A stretch of 62,930 nucleotides of DNA, the filler included, from Lenisia limosa (lineage: Eukaryota > Protista > Breviatea): NCBI GenBank assembly GCA_001655205.1. It is 11 parts of 11 records of this genome, joined end to end, with 100 filler letters (N's around TTAATTAATTAA, not from the genome) between each part and the next. Parts side by side here need not be neighbours in the genome. Positions count along the whole stretch, not along the records: positions 45,981 to 52,254 come from LPNZ01009797.1; positions 52,355 to 56,259 come from LPNZ01005559.1; positions 56,360 to 61,347 come from LPNZ01011536.1; positions 61,448 to 62,930 come from LPNZ01002074.1; 7 more parts are not named here. The stretch is one strand, 5' to 3'. The translations under genes and the position numbers were made by a program. Under the pieces are notes generated by a model. The model ran no database searches, was not told the origin of the DNA, and saw only the letters and a program-made list of their open reading frames with translations. Shown one piece after another: positions 49,701 through 61,929 of this stretch (the first letter of the stretch is position 1; each line of letters starts with the position of its first letter).

Positions 49701-50240
49701 ACATGGGGCCTCAATAAAATACCGATAGTTTTCGAGGATTTTAAATTAAGTCTTTTTTCGAACAGAAGTGAAGCCGTACACATGACGACGCCCCGATATT
49801 GCAAACCACAATAGGAAATAATGATAGAAGAAAAATAGGAGGAGAAGTGTGAGAAAACAAAAGGTGTAACGCACAAGATAAAAAGGCAAAATTTGTTTCA
49901 GGGAGAATAATGAAATGAATGGTAAAGCTGTCAAAAAACAAAACAAATGCTGTTCTTTATATACAATTGTTGGCCATACCTGGGGGACTGTTTGCTCGGA
50001 TGAGGCAGAGCCGTTATCGTCAATTTTGATACTGTCCTGGAGGATGAGAATGGATGTAGATTGGTGTTAAGAGCTACTATTTCACAGGGGGTATTAACTT
50101 CCAAGGCTGGCGGAGGGGGGGGGGGCATGATCCTAGGATTCACTCACGCATTGACGTCCTGTCTTATGAAGGGGAGTGCTGCGTAGCCTGGAGAAGAATG
50201 TCGCATTTTCTGCGCGGGTAAGGCTGGATATAATTTCTTG
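46741..50240 (-). CDS. Probable further exons downstream of the RTEL1 core (C-terminal region or a second gene)
   Basis: Exon-like stretches RTLEPTLGAKNPPIAPAVLFIDDNTIADIDFTRY, NVFLEVSSEGLHGDPLQLQDICISGDD, FYLLCQGYAMFSNAKLPSKPT, SPMVPALPYIRFYQKSIFMKLVPLPP..EEDWPDLDQ and an S/T/Q-rich exon at 46741-47070. Confidence 0.5.
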
Positions 50241-50319
50241 CTTTCAATTAATTGTCCAAAAATAATAATAAATAATAAAAAAATAGTATATCCATGCATC
50301 ACTACACTTTTCACATCAA

Positions 50320-52120
50320 TACCCACCACCCTCCTTCTAACCATTTTCGCAGTGTTTGAACGAATCGAATTTCATGATTTTGGGCCTCAGCCATTTTGAG
50401 ATCATTTTCTGCTCTCTTGGGTTGTTGAATCTGAGAAATCAGAGGAAGTTTAACTTTTGAGATTATATACGTAAAAGATGAGACAAAAAAAGGCTGTATC
50501 GGCCAAAGCCATCCACACCATCCATAACAGAATCCCTCACCCACAGCTTGAATCACCCATCATGATACATTCATCCATTTTTTTTTGTTTTGACACATTC
50601 ATCCATCATGACATCATTTTTGTTTTGATACATTCATCCATCATCACATCTACAATTGGCAAAAACAATGTTTTCATTAGGGCTTCCCTACAGTCCGAAA
50701 AAGACTGGTAAAAATATCGATATTTATCGAGGATTTATCGAGAAAGGCAGTCTTTTTGTGGGACCAAAGGGAAGCCCTAGTTATAATAGATCCCCCCCCC
50801 CCCCANNNNNNNNNNNNNNNNNNNNNNNNNNNNNNNNNNNNNNNNNNNNNNNNNNNNNNNNNNNNNNNNNNNNNNNNNNNNNNNNNNNNNAATGACACGC
50901 CCCACGGCCTGATTCACAGCCCGGGCCGCCTGCTGACCATACCAGGCATCTCCTGTCAGACATCGGGGGTTCTGGAAATAGTAAAATGAATTTGAGAAAA
51001 ATAAAAAATCAAATCAAAGAAAAAACGGGCAGTGGGGGTGGGGGAAAAACTACATTATCAACACTACACTTCCAATTTGGGCGGGAAAAGACCGAAACAG
51101 TACCGATAATTTTCCAGGATTTATCAAAACTCTATAAACACAATCAATGCGACACTGTTTTTGTGCAGTAATATCATATCATGTGAATTATTGCCTCCAA
51201 TGGAACAAATCGGACCACTCACCGTTTTGTGCAGTTACATCAGAATATGAATTGCCTCCCATTTCCTGAGTTAACTCCTCCTTTCCCATGGAACAAAGCT
51301 CACCGTTTTGTGCAGCTGCGAGAGGATTTCGCGTTTGAGTGACACTTTGGGGTCATAAAGCGCTGGGAAGGGTAGGCCTGGAGGGGGGGGGGTGAAACGN
51401 NNNNNNNNNNNNNNNNNNNNNNNNNNNNNNNNNNNNNNNNNNNNNNNNNNNNNNNNNNNNNNNNNNNNNNNNNNNCGAACCGAATAATCAAAAACTCCAA
51501 ACAAAAAAACAAGCACGAGCAACCAACGCTAAAACTAGACAAAAAACCAGATAACAAACAAAACAAAAGGACTTTCAATGAAGAATATTGGGAACGATGG
51601 TAGGAGGCTCTTCCCAAGAACATTACCCCTCTCTCTCTCTAAAAAAACACAATAAATACAGGCTTACTCCAGGTTACGGTTAACTGAAACCGGAAGAACC
51701 TTCAACAAATACCCCTCCATACCAGTCACTACAACTGTTCGACCATATGCATCTCGGAAATCAAGACCTTCAGAAACCTGCGGGGGGGGGGGGGNNNNNN
51801 NNNNNNNNNNNNNNNNNNNNNNNNNNNNNNNNNNNNNNNNNNNNNNNNNNNNNNNNNNNNNNNNNNNNNNNNNNNNNNNNNNNNNNNNNNNNNNNNNNNN
51901 NNNNNNNNNNNNNNNNNNNNNNNNNNNNNNNNNNNNNNNNNNNNNNNNNNNNNNNNNNNNNNNNNNNNNNNNNAAATAACCAATATGAACCTCCTGTCCT
52001 CCAATTAATCTATACACTCGCACCTTTCCTCTACAAACGGCCATGAAGATTGCCCCCTTGCCGGCACGGACGGAATTATAGTATGTTTGCATGGATGTAG
52101 GGAGATCCGAGGTGAGCCTG
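50320..52120 (-). CDS. RTEL1: RTEL1-like DEAH/XPD-family helicase, C-terminal helicase domain
   Basis: YYNSVRAGKGAIFMAVCRGK|VSEGLDFRDAYGRTVVVT|GLPFPALYDPKVSLKRE..LTGDAWYGQQAARAVNQAVGRVI..RFNNPREQKMISKWLRP. GRxVxVTGLP and GRVI favour RTEL1 over FANCJ. Confidence 0.88.
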
Positions 52121-52360
52121 TGAGGATAAGAAAAATTATTATGCCCCCGAAAAAAATTAACAAGCTTGGTAAAGCACTTGAGAAACATGGGCATGGTGTC
52201 AAAGGACAATTGTTACACAAGTAAAGTGGTGGATGTTCAGATGTTAAATATTGGNNNNNNNNNNNNNNNNNNNNNNNNNNNNNNNNNNNNNNNNNNNNTT
52301 AATTAATTAANNNNNNNNNNNNNNNNNNNNNNNNNNNNNNNNNNNNNNNNNNNNATCACA

Positions 52361-55300
52361 CATTTTTGAAAGTCTTCGACGACGGGAAACCGATGGTCAT
52401 ATCGGACCACCTTGGCTTGCGACCATCATTAATGCTACGCATCTAAACAATGAGCCAAGAGAGAATGAAGGAGATCAGGGCTTGATCAAGAGAAAAGTAC
52501 ATATCAAAGTTATCATCAGACGTTAATCCCCCCATACATCTCGACTGAAGTGCTCTGACACCTGCTCTGCAAGGCTTCGGCGGTCATCCTTTACGATGTC
52601 GAACCGCTTTTGCTTCAGCTTCCAGAAGGTGATAGAACCCTGGGAATTGGTAGGTAAAGTAGTAGCAATAGGAACCTCTGGCTGAGGAAAGGGGAAAAAA
52701 AAAAAATAATAATAAAAAAAAGCTCAACCAATCGTGAGCTTGCTACTTGATACACAAACAAGAATGAACAGGGAAAAAAAAAGAAAAAAAAAGAATGCCC
52801 CCTCCCCTACAGATATCAGTCCAACGAGCTCGTATTCGACCTTGACATGGGCCTTGGCCGTAACGTAGATAGGCTTCGCGTCAATCACCTTGCAGTGTCA
52901 AAAACTGTTTCAATTCGTTTTTGCCCCAAAATCAAACTCGTGGAGATGAGAGTTGAGTTATTACCATTTAAGTCTGATACGATAACACAACAAGAGCCCG
53001 ACCCACATCCATGTAGAACATGATGGTTCCCTCAGCCTTCAGCGACAGAGACGCGATTGGCCCGAGATCTGAAGGGGTCAATGAAGGGGGGCAATGAAGA
53101 AGAAAAGGGGATCAGTGATGATAACTGTCATGCTGAAAAAAAAAAAAACGTTTTCTTCCAAGGTGAGCAACACTCTGACGCCATCTTACCGAGGTCGAAG
53201 CTGAATTTAATGGTAGGACCCAGACCAATGAGGAGAGAGTCCACGTAAAGCTCACCCTGAAAAAGGTGAGTGTATCACTAGAAGTTTCATACACCAACAA
53301 CATATCATATGCACATATCAAAACGTTTTCCCCACCCTCATACAGGATAGATGACAAGGGAGCCTGAAGGGGGTTTACCCTGTGTGATTCCAATGGAGAC
53401 ATCGACTGTGAACCCAAGGTAACTAGAAAGTTAGTGTAGGGGCCAAGGTAAATTGTGAATCAAGGTAATTAGAAAGTTAGTAAAGGGATCAAGATGAATG
53501 AATGATTAAGTCTCAGGATAATTATTATAAATACTCGTTCATTATAGCTGCTGTATGATAAAGCCTAACCTTAATGCTATACNNNNNNNNNNNNNNNNNN
53601 NNNNNNNNNNNNNNNNNNNNNNNNNNNNNNNNNNNNNNNNNNNNNNNNNNNNNNNNNNNNNNNNNNNNNNNNNNNNNNNNNNNNNNNNNNNNNNNNNNNN
53701 NNNNNNNNNNNNNNNNNNNNNNNNNNNNNNNNNNNNNACAGGCGTCTTCTGTTAGTGTTGCCACCACGCTCCAGGGGACCATGATACTCAAGGAAGCCGT
53801 GGCCACTATCAATGGTAAATATAGGAGGGGATGGATGATGCGTGGATTAAGAGGGGAAAGGAATCAAAAGAAGGAGAGGGAACAACAACAACAACAGCAA
53901 AAAAGGGCAGTAGATCCAAGGGCCCACGTTGGTTTGTGGGCGTAGAGCTCCTTGCCGTTCAAACCACGAACCTGAAGTATGATAAAAAAAAAATAAGAAA
54001 GTACTAATTAAACAAGTAGGATTATGTTATTTTTTTAAAGGAAAAGGATCATAATTGTGAAGAGAACCCATCTGTATGACTATCTACAGTTCACTGTTGA
54101 ATTCATTATATGTAGCAATGAGAAATTAAAAATAAGGTTGCATCTGGCCGATGAAGAGATATTAGATTATAGTATAATATTAATTCAATCATTTGTCTTA
54201 CAACTCTGTGTGCACAGCTTTCTGCGTGCCTCCCCAGATAAAAATAACTTGATTGGTCCCTCCCAAAAAAGCCCCACTCTGTGGGTGGGAGTCTCTCTAC
54301 GTCTGCTGGAAGATTCAAGGAAGGTGTCCTTAACAATGGCTTGCTCGGTCATAGCGACAGCCCTGGAAGAGGCAAAATTAATGGGAAGGAATGAGGCTAA
54401 ACTACAACTAAACACACAAAATAGTATGGAAAATAAACGATGTCGGTTTAAAAGAGTATTCTTACATCCATTTAAACGTCCATAGTTTTGGATCATTATC
54501 TACGAAAACAAGAAGTAAATCAAACAAGTGTAAGGACACTGGAAAGGGATAAATCGCTCACGTGAGGAACTCCTTTTGAATGCGGTCGGAGTATTCAGCC
54601 GGCATGTTGTCTACACCTTCGTTGACAGCCAATTCCAGGAGTTGGTTACTGTCGTATCCGAAGGGAAGCTCCACGACCGGGAAGGTAGGGATGGGGAGCA
54701 CTGCACGGTCAATGCGAACAGTTGTGATCGTGAATCCGGTATACGATACGAGTAGGGCTTAACTTCGGTTCGAATATTTATCATTTTTTCCTAAAGCTTT
54801 CTCACCCCTCAAACTGTCCATAATCATGCCTTCAACGCCGTTGGCAAGTTCCATTGTGTCCTCAGCCATCTTAATATACGGCTCAGTGAAGTTGCGCATC
54901 TTTTCAGCATAGAGCAGGGCATCGTTGAGAACCGTGTTTTCAATACCGACAAGCTGTGGGGGGTGAGCAGACGAAGAGGCTACAGGCACAAATAAGCCAC
55001 ATCAAGTCAACAGTAATAGTAATAAAGACACCCACGTCCAAAACGTTGTTCATCATTGTCAGCTTCTCGTCAACAGTGTCCGCGAATCCTCTGACTTGTT
55101 CAACAAGCCCATTGGCTTGATCCCGGTATTCCATTGCCTGCGAGGGGGATTTATTAGAAAAAGACAAAGCAACAAAATAACTCATTAAATACATATCATA
55201 TAGATATGATATAGTTTGTAATCATACATATTGTTTATTGTTTACGGCCCTTACACACCTTCTTGACTCCGGCAATGATACCGGATTTATTAATGACCTT

Positions 55301-56095
55301 GTCGTTGCGAAGATCTCTGTTAGCCTGGAGTGGAGGTAAGTGCAAGAACGACGAAAAGCGAGTGAAGTTAAAACATGTATGTAGTAGAATAACGGATTTT
55401 TATGTCAGCTCGTTACGGGCAATTCGGTTAAATATCGCAGATCTGCAATAACAAAAAAAAACCAAGCCCACAGAATCCAGCTTAGACTTTGCGGACGCCT
55501 CGGCCTCATAGGTCTTGGTGACCTCCTCAGTGGCAGCCTCCTTCTTGGCAAGGTTCTCGGGGCTCGGGTCGTCCTATGGGTGATCAGTTTGTGCAATCTT
55601 TATAGGAAATAAATTTTGTATATTAGACCCGATTTTTGATTGTATTTTGAGACTCCGTGGAATGTTGAACATAACTTGAAAGAAGCAAAGAGCACCACGC
55701 CCACATCATAGGCCTTATCAGCGGCGATCTTGTCTGCAGTAGCCTTGTCCTTGGCAGCAGCAGCCTCAGTGTGTTCCTTGCCCAGAGTTTCGTCAATTGC
55801 TTTTTCACGATCCTCGAAGGTTGTTTCCTTCTCCTACAAGAGGGTTACATCGACTCACTAATTTCGGACATGTACAGTATATCATATTCGTATGTGGATA
55901 TAGGATCGAAACCTAAGGATTTTAATCCAGTGATGAACAAAAATTCCAATTCGAAGTAGTCCTTCCCACCACAAGCTGCTCAACCTCCTTGTCCTTGCTC
56001 TCAGCAGCATCCTCGAGTTTGGCCTGTTCCTCCTTGAGACGCTCGTGCTGGCTCTCTGCCTCGGCATGCTCCTTCTTGGCGTTGTCGTACTACAA
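52361..56095 (-). CDS. Large unknown protein: K/E/A-rich coiled coil followed by a beta-rich region
   Basis: About 15 exons, including YDNAKKEHAEAESQHERLKEEQAKLEDAA, QAMEYRDQANGLVEQVRGFADTVDEKL, VLPIPTFPVVELPFGYDSNQLLELAVNEG, GELYVDSLLIGLGPTIKFSFDL and KVIDAKPIYVTAKAHVKVEYELVGLISV. Confidence 0.75.
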
Positions 56096-57511
56096 CATTG
56101 GAACATTAGTGGAATATTACCACCCCCTTTTTCAAGATATTCAGTGCTCATATATATGTATATAGCAATGAGTAACAAAAAATATGGTTGTATCTAGCTA
56201 CACCATCACGCTTATAAGAGATACTGGGATTATAGTATAATATAATTCACCTTTTTAACNNNNNNNNNNNNNNNNNNNNNNNNNNNNNNNNNNNNNNNNN
56301 NNNTTAATTAATTAANNNNNNNNNNNNNNNNNNNNNNNNNNNNNNNNNNNNNNNNNNNNCCAAAAAGCTATTACCATAAGCCATAGCCTTGACAAAACTG
56401 GGTGCACAGTGTCGCGAAGGTTCTAGGGGCCCACTGGTTAACCCCCAAGGTCAAACTTGTCCTGATGGTGCATCGAACCCATGTTGATAATATCAATAAA
56501 CCATCAGATTCAAGGAAAGGGTTTTCTAAGTTTCGCAAAGGCCCGTAACTTGGATTTGGACCTTGTTTCCATTGTATGGTTTCATCAAATTGAATATTTT
56601 TGAGAAATTGCATTAAAAACATCATCATTGAGTGAACTATAGAATTTCACATGATACCATCAAACGAAGGGCCAGACTGGCAGTTAGTGTCAAAATGGTC
56701 CGACTTGATGGTTGAACGCAAGCAGCGTACTTCTATTCTTTTCGTTGTTGTGAAGAATTTGCTGATACACTTGGACTTAAACGAAACAGGAAGAACATAA
56801 CCACAAGGGTTAAAGACAATTTCAAAAACACACCTTCAAACTCTTTTTTTTGCCGGTTAGATTTTTCAAAACTGCATTCGCCGGGATATATTCCCCACCA
56901 TCAAAAGAGTATCTAAAACAATGAGCATCTAAAAAAGATGTTTCAAAGAACAACACTAAAGAAACTTGCTCATTTCGAGTGTATTTTCCAAGAAGTTATC
57001 TTTTTCAAGCCTAAGGAAGCCACAAGGTGTAGAAATTAATATTGTTACTCGTATAGCTGTTTAAAGTGTACCATGATATGATGCTATTGAATATTCTCTT
57101 TTTAGTACTTCTTTTCTCTCTTCTCATCCACATCATTTATTGTCTCCCAACCACCATTTTCCATCATACCTAGTGCTTCACTTCGGTTCAAAAAAGACTG
57201 GTAAAATATCGATAAATTCCGTCTTTTTTTTTNNNNNNNNNNNNNNNNNNNNNNNNNNNNNNNNNNNNNNNNNNNNNNNNNNNNNNNNNNNNNNNNNNNN
57301 NNNNNNNNNNNNNNNNNNNNNNNNNNNNNNGCGACTGACCTGGGCTTTTTATTATTTTGTTGTTATCAACCCTCGTGTATTGTCCGCCAACAGAGTTTAT
57401 TTGGGCTTTTTTGGTTCATAAATTTTTGCTTTTCACCCCCCCCCCCCACTCACCATTTANNNNNNNNNNNNNNNNNNNNNNNNNNNNNNNNNNNNNNNNN
57501 NNNNNNNNNNN

Positions 57512-57705
57512 GCCCATCTTGGAGACATTACTTCCTCTGTTGTGCACGGCAAAAGGGCGATAAGTTGGGGGGACCACAACAACAACAACATTATTATTTC
57601 AACCATCATCATCACCATCACCAACATCAACATCATCACCACCACCAACAACAACAACATCATCATCATCATGACAACGAAAGGCCTCACCACCATCACC
57701 ATCAC

Positions 57706-57767
<62 letters not shown>

Positions 57768-60700
57768 CCGACAACGAAAGGTCTCATCAAAGAGTCATTT
57801 GGACCCCACGAGCCATGGTTAACTGAGGTCCTCATCCCCGCTGTAGCTCACCGACAAATGGAGGCGGGAGTGGTTGGAGAGGGATGTTAAGGGTAGGGCT
57901 TCACTTCGGTTCGAAAAAGACAGGCTAAATATCTATAGTTTTCGAGGATTTCTCGAGAAATTCAGTCGTTTTTTTTTTGAACCGAAGTGAAGCCCTAGGA
58001 GGTGTATCAAGAGTAGGGCTTCACTTCGGTTCGAAAAAAGACTGAATTTCTCGATAAATCCTCGAAAACTATCGATATTGTACCGGTCTTTTTCAAACCG
58101 AAGTAAAACCCTTAACCAGAGTTTTTTTTTTGCTTCATAAATGTTAGCTTCATTCCCTAGGTACTTTACCACGAAGGCAGGTTCTACCAGGCAGCCAAGG
58201 TCTTTCGAAATGCCTTCGAAACTCGACCTTGTGCGTTCAGTGTAGCAGCTTGGTGGGTGTGGTATTGAGTGCTTTTGGGGGCAATGCTTAGCCAACAGAA
58301 TTGATGTTTTCATCCTATTTTTGCTCCGTCCTCCCCTCGTTCACCCAGTGCTTTGCCAACATGTTTTTTTTGGGAGGGGGGTGGGCTGAGTGAGTCATAA
58401 TAATTTTCCATTTTAACGAAGGCNNNNNNNNNNNNNNNNNNNNNNNNNNNNNNNNNNNNNNNNNNNNNNNNNNNNNNNNNNNNNNNNNNNNNNNNNNNNN
58501 NNNNNNNNNNNNNNNNNNNNNNNNNNNNNNNNNNNNNNNNNNNNNNNNNNNNNNNNNNNNNNNCTTCATCCCCAAGGGCGGCGGCACATGCGAGTGACAA
58601 CGAGCTGGATCTTGCGTTGAAGGCTGCTAATGTGGCCATTAACTTCATCCAAAAGGTCGGTAAAATCTCGGTAGTTTTCGAGGATTATTCAGTCTTTTTT
58701 AAAAACCAAAGTGAAGCCCCAAAGCCTGCACAACCTTCACACTATTCAGAAAAAGAATCAGGATGAGCCCCCTACTCCAGTAACCCCCAAATCGGAAGTT
58801 GCCCCCTGTACCCCAGGTTCGCTTTTGTGTTGTGATGTTTAGTCGGTGAGAAGCTAGCGGTAGTGGGGGCTGTTGATGCCCTTGAACTTGTCCTTAAGGT
58901 ACTTGTTGATGTTGATACCGGCAACGTGTCCGGCGCCGCAGTCAGGATGTCGGGGTGGGGTATTCAAACAAAAACTCTTTCAAGAATGTTTCAAGAGCTC
59001 TGTCTTGGATATTGTTTCATAAATTTTCAATTTTCATGTACGCTGGAGTGATGGAATGCGGTGTTGCAGAAGCGAGTGGCCTGGGCTTTGTTTGTTTTGC
59101 TGTTATCAAACCTCGTGTGTTTCTAGCCAACAGAGTTGATTTTAGGCTTCTTTTTTGTTTCATANNNNNNNNNNNNNNNNNNNNNNNNNNNNNNNNNNNN
59201 NNNNNNNNNNNNNNNNNNNNNNNNNNNNNNNNNNNNNNNNNNNNNNNNNNNNNNNNNNNNNNNNNNNNNNNNNNNNNNNNNNNNNNNNNNNNNNNNNNNN
59301 NNNNNNNNNNNNNNNNNNNNNNNNNNNNNNNNNNNNNNNNNNNCTCTAAGACTCCTCACAAGGTGGGGGAGGAATATGGGGGGGGGGGCTCTCATAGGGT
59401 ATTTTCTATCTGTTTTCCGATTTTACTCCCCCTCCCACACACACATAACCATTCACAGTGTGATATATTACCCACCTCTCCCACATACATACACATAATA
59501 TAGCTCTATTTCAAGGGGGGTTTTTTGTTTCATAAATTATCCATTTCACTCCCAGGCAATTCGGCGCCTCAGTCATCGAAGACAACCAATTGGAAGTGCC
59601 CCCCACCCCTCAAACCAAAGATCTTGGTGAGCCCTTCTTGCTTCTTGGCCTGAAACGTGAAGAGAGTTGCTTTTGGACTGAGGTGAAACTCCTTCTCTTC
59701 TCCTTTTTCTCTCCTTCTTCAGACTTTTTTTCACTTATTTCCCCCTCGTTTTACTCCTTTTTCTCTCCTTTTTCTCTTATTTTTCTCTCATTTTCCTCTC
59801 CTTTTTCACCCGTTTTACACATCTTTTTATTATTCCGCCCTCCACAGACCAGCAGACGAAACTCACCCTGTTGGACCGACAACTCTCAAACATGCACGTG
59901 CTGCGGGGCTGGCTCTTTTCAATGGTAACCGGGGTATACTGCGAGGCTGGCTCTTTTCCATGGTAATTGGGATGTCTTGCAAACTGTAAGCTAGGGCTTC
60001 ACTTCGGTAACAAAAAGACTGGGAAAATATCGATATTTATCGAGGATTTATCAAGAAATTCTCTTTTTTTGAAACGAAGTGAAGCCCTACTGGTAACTAG
60101 GGTATTTCAGGAGGAAACGTGCTCAAAATGGTGGTACTATAGCCAAACACTGAGCCTAGTTGTTTTGAATGTAATGAAATCATATTAATTTTCGCTTATC
60201 TGTCCCAGACTGATGACGTGGAGGCGGCCTGGGCAGACTGCGAAACAGCGAGGAGCATAGTTCAGTTCCACCCGAAGCCACACCACGAACTGCGGCAAAA
60301 TGAACTGGACGCTTCCGAAGCTTCCGACGATTCCGACCCTCTCCCCAAACTCAAGAGCTTTTTTCATGTTTGTTTTCCGTGATGAGTTGTCTTTCCAACT
60401 GATACATAATCAGAAACTCTCTGATATTGATCGATATTTCTCGTCCTTTTGCTTTTTACAGTACAACAACAAACTGCCAAATAATATTTTCATTTAGAAG
60501 GGGTCTCTGCAATTTTTGCTTACGACTGTTATTTTCCTGTTATGTGATCTTTTGGGGATGTATAAAACATAAAGAAAATGACCATAGTAAGTCTTGGTCG
60601 AGAATTTCCCTTCAAGAAAATCGATCAAGACCATCCATGTTTAGTAAACATATATATATATATATATATATATCGATATAGTATATATATATAATTATAT

Positions 60701-61320
60701 ATTATAGCTATATACATGATATATATATATATATATGTACATAGTATATTATGTACGTATATTCTAGGATAAAGATGCATATAATGATGGAGCTATTAAC
60801 ATCAAAACAAAAGGATAATTCAATAATTTTTAGGACTTCCCTCAGAACCTACTTGCACATCTGGTGGGAGGAAACGACATCATGTCTGAGCAAATCCCTG
60901 GCATTCCGCCTGCAGAGGTGTTCTACTACAAAATGCTTGTGTGTTTATTGTCGGATTTCGGGTATTTAATTGAAAAAAAAAAGCAATCAAAGTGAAGTGA
61001 ATATATCTAATACATACGTATTGTCATGACATTTCAGACACTCTAATTTTTGGTAACTGTTTTTTTTTTTTTTTTTTTTTNNNNNNNNNNNNNNNNNNNN
61101 NNNNNNNNNNNNNNNNNNNNNNNNNNNNNNNNNNNNNNNNNNNNNNNNNNNNNNNNNNNNNNNNNNNNNNNNNNNNNNNNNNNNNNNNNNNNNNNNNNNN
61201 NNNNNNNNNNNNNNNATTTTCTATTTTATCCTTTGCGAATACTCATAGAAATGTCTTTCTTTTTACCTCCTTAGGGCATGGCTGAACACTACGTACGTAG
61301 AGCGGATGAATTGACGGAAA
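57512..61320 (+). CDS. TPR-like helical-repeat protein, partial
   Basis: HLGDITSSVVHGKRAI|SLIKESFGPHEPWLTEVLIPAVAHRQMEAGV|VLYHEGRFYQAAKVFRNAFE, AAAHASDNELDLALKAANVAINFIQK, TDDVEAAWADCETARSIV and GMAEHYVRRADELT. Confidence 0.68.
57575..57768. repeat. Compound (CAA/CAC/CAT)n microsatellite, intronic
   Basis: Trinucleotide runs lying between an in-phase donor (~57562) and acceptor (~57780) of the TPR gene. Confidence 0.9.
57894..58113. mobile_element. Two adjacent MITE-A copies (57894-57997, 58014-58113)
   Basis: Full TIRs. The second copy has a 6/8 TSD (ATCAAGAG / AACCAGAG), and the two interiors are in opposite orientation. Confidence 0.92.
60648..60745. repeat. Imperfect (AT)n microsatellite
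   Basis: Interrupted AT runs. Confidence 0.85.
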
Positions 61321-61929
61321 AGGATAATGTGGGGGGGTGGATTGATGNNNNNNNNNNNNNNNNNNNNNNNNNNNNNNNNNNNNNNNNNNNNTTAATTAAT
61401 TAANNNNNNNNNNNNNNNNNNNNNNNNNNNNNNNNNNNNNNNNNNNNTCCCCCCCACCCAGCCAGGGGTGTCAGAATCGATACACAGCCCATTGGTTGCG
61501 TCGGTAACTCCCATTACTCCGGGGCATGCTGAAGAGTTGAGAAATGCTTGAAATGGAGGGGAGTCACTTTGAATATTTTAAAAAAAGACGGAATTTCTCG
61601 ATAACTTCCCAAAATCCATATTTTATAAGTCTTTTTCAGACCGAAGTGAAGCCCAAAAAAGATGGGGGGAATGGTTGTATGGTCTGTTGTCAAGTTAAGA
61701 GCATACCAACTTAACGGTGGATGAACCTTTCAATATTCGGCATTAGAGGGGGATCAAAGGCAAATGCATCAATAGCCGGAGATTGAAAATGGTGCATAAA
61801 TAATATCGTCATTTCTATGGTATGAATGCCCCTTATCCACTTGCCATATGATTATTAAACTGCAATTTAGTCATAAAACCACAATCATTTGTCGTATAAA
61901 AAAACATAAATTGAAGATGATGCAGTAAA

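Noticed and set aside
57457-57835. Poly-His, poly-Ile, poly-Met or poly-Asp proteins from the ORF track
   Set aside because: All are readings of one trinucleotide microsatellite that lies in an intron of the TPR gene.
57933-58313. ORFs containing LHFGSKK / RFEKD / SIFIEDLSRN peptides (also 11239, 21496, 42957, 47604, 59967)
   Set aside because: These recurring peptides are translations of MITE A, not a protein family.
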